Positions 62,201 to 64,000 of a stretch of DNA of 64,000 bases are shown here, piece after piece. The position numbers and the translations under genes are program-made. The notes under the pieces are model-generated. The model ran no database searches and was not told where the DNA came from. It was given only the letters and a program-made list of their open reading frames with translations. Numbering within the stretch: the stretch's first letter is position 1; every line of letters starts with the position of its first letter. The DNA comes from Bacteroidales bacterium (GTDB taxonomy: Bacteria; Bacteroidota; Bacteroidia; Bacteroidales; WCHB1-69), in NCBI GenBank assembly GCA_017962845.1, contig JAGCUN010000015.1:84539-148538 (forward strand). The letters are read 5' to 3'.

Positions 62201-64000
62201 GCTGTAATGCTAAAGGCAATAAGGAAGTCACTGTGAAATCTGATCCTGTTGTCCAGTCTGTGGTTATCACACCTTCTACTGATACGGTTTGCACAGGTTC
62301 AACGATTACTGTTACCGCTACTATGGAAACGGGTACCGATTATGGTGATGGCAATGCTTACACCTATACCTGGTATAGAAATGGCGTAGAAGTTGAAGGC
62401 TCTCACGAGGCTACCCTCACTGAGGTTGTTACCGCAGAAGGTTTGGTTACTCCTTATATTTACACTGTAGTAGCATCTCAGCCCTCTAGCGGTTGTGCTT
62501 CTACCACTTTCGTTTATGATACTGTCTTTGTCCGCCCGATGCCGACCGTTACCATCGAAGGTGATCCGATCGTTTGCACCGGTACAAAGAACGTCCAACT
62601 CCAGGCTCGCGTGAACGATAACTTCGCCACAGCTAACTTGCATTATCAGTGGAGATTATTCAATGCTAATATTGGTACTGACGATGCCGAATTGTTGGAT
62701 ACCCGTAACGCTAGCGACAATGAGTACGTTTATAATGTAATCATTACGGATGCTACTCTCGGTTGCCAGGCAGTCAGCGAACCCTTCTCTGTCAGAGTGG
62801 ATACCGCTGCTGTTATTACCTTCCTGCCTGTTGAACCCATCTGCGTTGGTGGTACGGCTACTATCACAGCTAGCTTGAATGATTACAATGTTGATGACTA
62901 TACCTTCCAGTGGTATGATGGTACCACACCTATCGCAGGTGCTACCTCCCTCACTTACACCACCCCGGTTTTGGATGCCACCACTACTTACACCTTCAAG
63001 GCTATCCGCACCGCTTCTGGTTGCGAAGGTTCTGCTGATGTTGATGTAACTGTGGTTTCTGATCCTGTTTCAAAATTCACGGTTAATCCCAAGAACATCT
63101 GTCAGGGTGGCCAAGTTACCTTGAATTCTACTGTTGTTATTCCTGCTGGTATCACCAATCCTAACATCCATTACTTCTGGTACAGAAATGGTCAGTTGCT
63201 GGAAGGTGTTGACACAGCATCTTTCGTTGACAATCCGACCATCGAAGATATGGATTCCAACATTGTTGTTTACTCTCTCTATGTGACCTTCGACAACGCT
63301 GGTTGCGCTTCCAACCTCACTTATGATACTGTAAACATTTATCAGAATCCTACTATCACCGTTACTGGTGATCAGCTGCTCTGTGGTAATGCAGATCAGA
63401 ATGTGGTCAACTTGACAGCTACTCTGAACGACACTATCGCTGGTACTTACACTTTCATGTGGCGTGAAGATAACGTCAATACGGATGTGACCACCCGCGT
63501 ATATAGCCAGGCTAAACAATATCGTCAATATCCTTATGAATATACCGTTGTTGTAACTGGTCCTAACGGCTGTTCTGTTGTGAGCGAGCCTTATCTCGTT
63601 TATGTCAACGATACACTCGTTGTGGGTGTTGATGCCACCACCGACAGAGTTTGCGCTGGTGAGGAAGTGATTCTTACCGCAGCTGTTGCTGACAACTACG
63701 AAGCTCTCACCTACAGATGGTACACCGTTGAGGGCGCCACCGAGACTGAGCTTCCCAATGAATACAACAACACTCTTACTACTTATCCGACTGCTACCAC
63801 CCACTACCGTGTGAGAGTGATGCAGAACAATACTTTCTGTACTGCCGTTGGCGATACTACCATCACGGTAGTAACTGCGCCGAACCTCGCTCTCGAAATC
63901 CTGCCTGCTGGCACCGATTCTATCTGCGAAGGCGGTCAGATTACGCTGGCTTTGAATCCGGCCACTGCTCCTGCCGGTACTTACAGCTGGTATAGAAACA
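56293..64000 (+). CDS. Giant repetitive cell-surface protein (Ig-like/SprB-type repeat adhesin), 5' part only; the ORF runs off the right edge
   Basis: Own translation from the ATG at 56293 (MKKFTIFFLMVFMFLGYQAK...) stays open for 2569 codons to the window end. It is absent from the ORF track because it has no stop. There are about 28 modules of about 90 aa, each with iCxGG..v.LtA ... Y.Y.W(Y/R)..g ... GC. The WYRNG motif is in frame at 58261, 59080, 59890, 60724, 61537, 62371, 63178 and 63988. Confidence 0.9.
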   Translation, partial: MKKFTIFFLMVFMFLGYQAKCETVLVSSGDDATAGRNHASWILHHGSVTPNASGMIASDYTSRSGGVYETSRVNATQSLQVHIEGPSYACSSAMVTLHAVVSDDPVTANTTYSYTWMSSTNHGAGYSGAAGATNNQELVVNMSSTSPVMYYKVIVQRYEAGACQGPADTSAVFTLTRVARGTVTVTAAPTTACSQQTLTATTNSPAMVARWIWLKDGNYIANTGTNNTYVATAAGNYKAVAEYEGSDMCNDTSEAVTVSFSASILHLAASNATGLPAPMGNDFVCLGGQVRLKATNGAAPYSFYRGTTLIGTSNDSIFDVPPTAGTITYSVVDAGGCSADTTFTVLDGAGIEIYSNSGTHFCQPTSIALTIFSSATQFNALGPDAYHWIKDGNVWSDGTSISTFSSAVPSISDAPHTYTLEIYDPGRNCFYRSNTLEIYVYPQPTATLIADSVCSGNAATLTVETDGYLGDNPTYTWSTNAHGTTATAVTDELTSDATVSVTIVGLTPTQSCSVTASTTVKVVNTVASGEITAEPALVCNGDSVLFSAEAIGAGFTNPTYTWGGDASGSAATALVTGVTAPVTATVTVTGGDAPSTACSVTATKTVEVTTALPTAASVTIHTYLQGQPVDALGACIGGAIDVVATGITPSDEYIYTWYRNGIELPAHDTAFTDNLEDLGEADPFYSLIYTLVISHINGCGSVSVESDTLGVFTPGEITLSSDRRVCSGTDVTVVAMSPYLPIIGAQYAWFLDGNEVTGPTMGPGYSTQLFSAADGLTAQLAPHVITAVAYYDPMTYAGCTALASATIEIQVDTLPTVRIVASDSVLCEDGEVTLTAIPSTDDIPAVVYAWNTLDSTATITVDAAGTYVVNLTQIYSNPSCTATASYEVKTATKPTVTLAADHDTICSGTQVTLTATATFDPAAGDSTYTWYRNGVEIATTTTNTYTESLTTGAQVSTYIYNVVAGQTTSGCVSEPAADTVSVYPAPTVMINGDNILCSAGTVNLTAEANDTIAGVTYTYSWRLDNASVGTGKTYSTALSLRDNPYIFTVQITNEATGCVTTSAEFPVYVDTLGSITVNASEAEICVGGDVVLTTTFLGSSNNDIIYQWYHTAIDDANIIAGANANTYTATNVTTATIYYLQATQISTSCAVSGYAKVEVSAVPSVTLALNSAETICSGGQASLTATATQGVSGIPYTYTWYRNGVEIDGANGASLTETLTAENTSTIYAYTVVASQEASGCESQPSDPKKVTVVPAPSVSIEGDALICAVPGTVTLTANINDTISGVTYNYQWRRNNADIAGATTATLSDAVTYQEEPYIYTVEVENTTTGCRTISEAYPVYVDTLAGVVVSADDTIICQGGDVVLTANLVDNNAQNLTYQWYSDDSYTQPIAGATQSELTVQNVTATTTYGVVVTQSTTGCSVKSNREITVNNDPLVESVTITPAADTVCTGTAITVEATMNTGTGYGDGTDYTYTWYRNGVEVAGANAATLNDVVTAEGIITPYIYTVVATQASSGCASTVAKYDTVKVVPMPTVAINGDNLLCAAGTVNLTAVANDTIPGVAYTYSWRMDNVTVGTGNTYSTTLDLRDNPYIFTVQITNATTGCTATSGEFPVYVDSLGNITVSASETEICEGGDVVLTTTFLGAANSDIVYEWYTGSISPTTLILGASDNTYTASNVTTTTTYYVQATQISTGCVVNGNVKVNVNQDPKPVLTMTTPEVICSGTQASFTVTSSLGVDGMPYTYTWYRNGVEIEGATVASLTEELTTEGESTLYSYTVVASQDASGCVSQPSDPQKVTVVPAPSVSVEGDALICSDPGTVTLTAHINDTVSGMTYNYQWRRNNADIAGATSATMTETVTLQDEPYLYTVEVVNLTTGCRTISEEYPVYVDTFASVIVTVDDSVICNGGEVTLTANIGNYNTQNLTYQWFDDATYTHAIPGATQRELTVQNLTTTTTYGVQVVQTTTGCNAKGNKEVTVKSDPVVQSVVITPSTDTVCTGSTITVTATMETGTDYGDGNAYTYTWYRNGVEVEGSHEATLTEVVTAEGLVTPYIYTVVASQPSSGCASTTFVYDTVFVRPMPTVTIEGDPIVCTGTKNVQLQARVNDNFATANLHYQWRLFNANIGTDDAELLDTRNASDNEYVYNVIITDATLGCQAVSEPFSVRVDTAAVITFLPVEPICVGGTATITASLNDYNVDDYTFQWYDGTTPIAGATSLTYTTPVLDATTTYTFKAIRTASGCEGSADVDVTVVSDPVSKFTVNPKNICQGGQVTLNSTVVIPAGITNPNIHYFWYRNGQLLEGVDTASFVDNPTIEDMDSNIVVYSLYVTFDNAGCASNLTYDTVNIYQNPTITVTGDQLLCGNADQNVVNLTATLNDTIAGTYTFMWREDNVNTDVTTRVYSQAKQYRQYPYEYTVVVTGPNGCSVVSEPYLVYVNDTLVVGVDATTDRVCAGEEVILTAAVADNYEALTYRWYTVEGATETELPNEYNNTLTTYPTATTHYRVRVMQNNTFCTAVGDTTITVVTAPNLALEILPAGTDSICEGGQITLALNPATAPAGTYSWYRN
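58970..62265 (+). repeat. Two tandem ~1.65-kb (548-549 codon, six-module) super-repeats inside the giant gene, flanked by more diverged copies
   Basis: Anchor motifs recur at offsets of 1644-1647 nt. For example, the 33-nt exact match ttatcagtggagaagaaacaatgctgatatcgc occurs at about 60162 and about 61809, and cccagcgatccc.agaaagtgac.gtggttcccgctccttctgtttca occurs at about 60025 and about 61672. Confidence 0.85.

Overview
64-kb chromosomal window from a Bacteroidota-type genome. Supporting signs are the TAnnTTTG -7 promoter boxes, T9SS C-terminal sorting domains, DUF4296/DUF4835/DUF4468-type genes and the conserved block bamD-rpoZ-like-coaBC-DUF4835-recN. Most of the window is housekeeping. 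It includes the secE-nusG-rplKAJL cluster running off the left edge, prs, folA, rfbC, aroK, ybeY, mnmG, comEC, recN, mutS, greA, dxs, a glutamine synthetase and three tRNAs. I saw no transposase, integrase, CRISPR array or recognisable defence gene. Two open-ended ORFs are missing from the supplied ORF track: rplL at the left edge, and a giant repetitive surface-protein gene that starts at 56293 and runs off the right edge (more than 2569 codons). The most interesting items are: (1) a tight three-gene outer-membrane operon at 36184-45840, made of an oversized TonB-dependent-receptor-like barrel, a 1559-aa secreted protein with an atypical CTD-like tail, and a PorV-like barrel. (2) A lipoprotein whose last 71 residues contain 24 cysteines in CCKDG-type repeats, encoded divergently from tRNA-Cys. 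(3) The giant adhesin, which has a hierarchical 90/270/549-aa repeat structure. (4) Three copies of the perfect palindrome TTTCACGTGAAA within 3 kb around mnmG, the LytTR regulator and comEC. (5) A 9-mer, TGTTGAAAA, found by eye only in AT-rich intergenic regions. (6) A 410-bp AT-rich gap with a perfect DnaA box close to a gene-strand switch, which is a candidate oriC. All functional calls come from reading the translations, and no database search was run.
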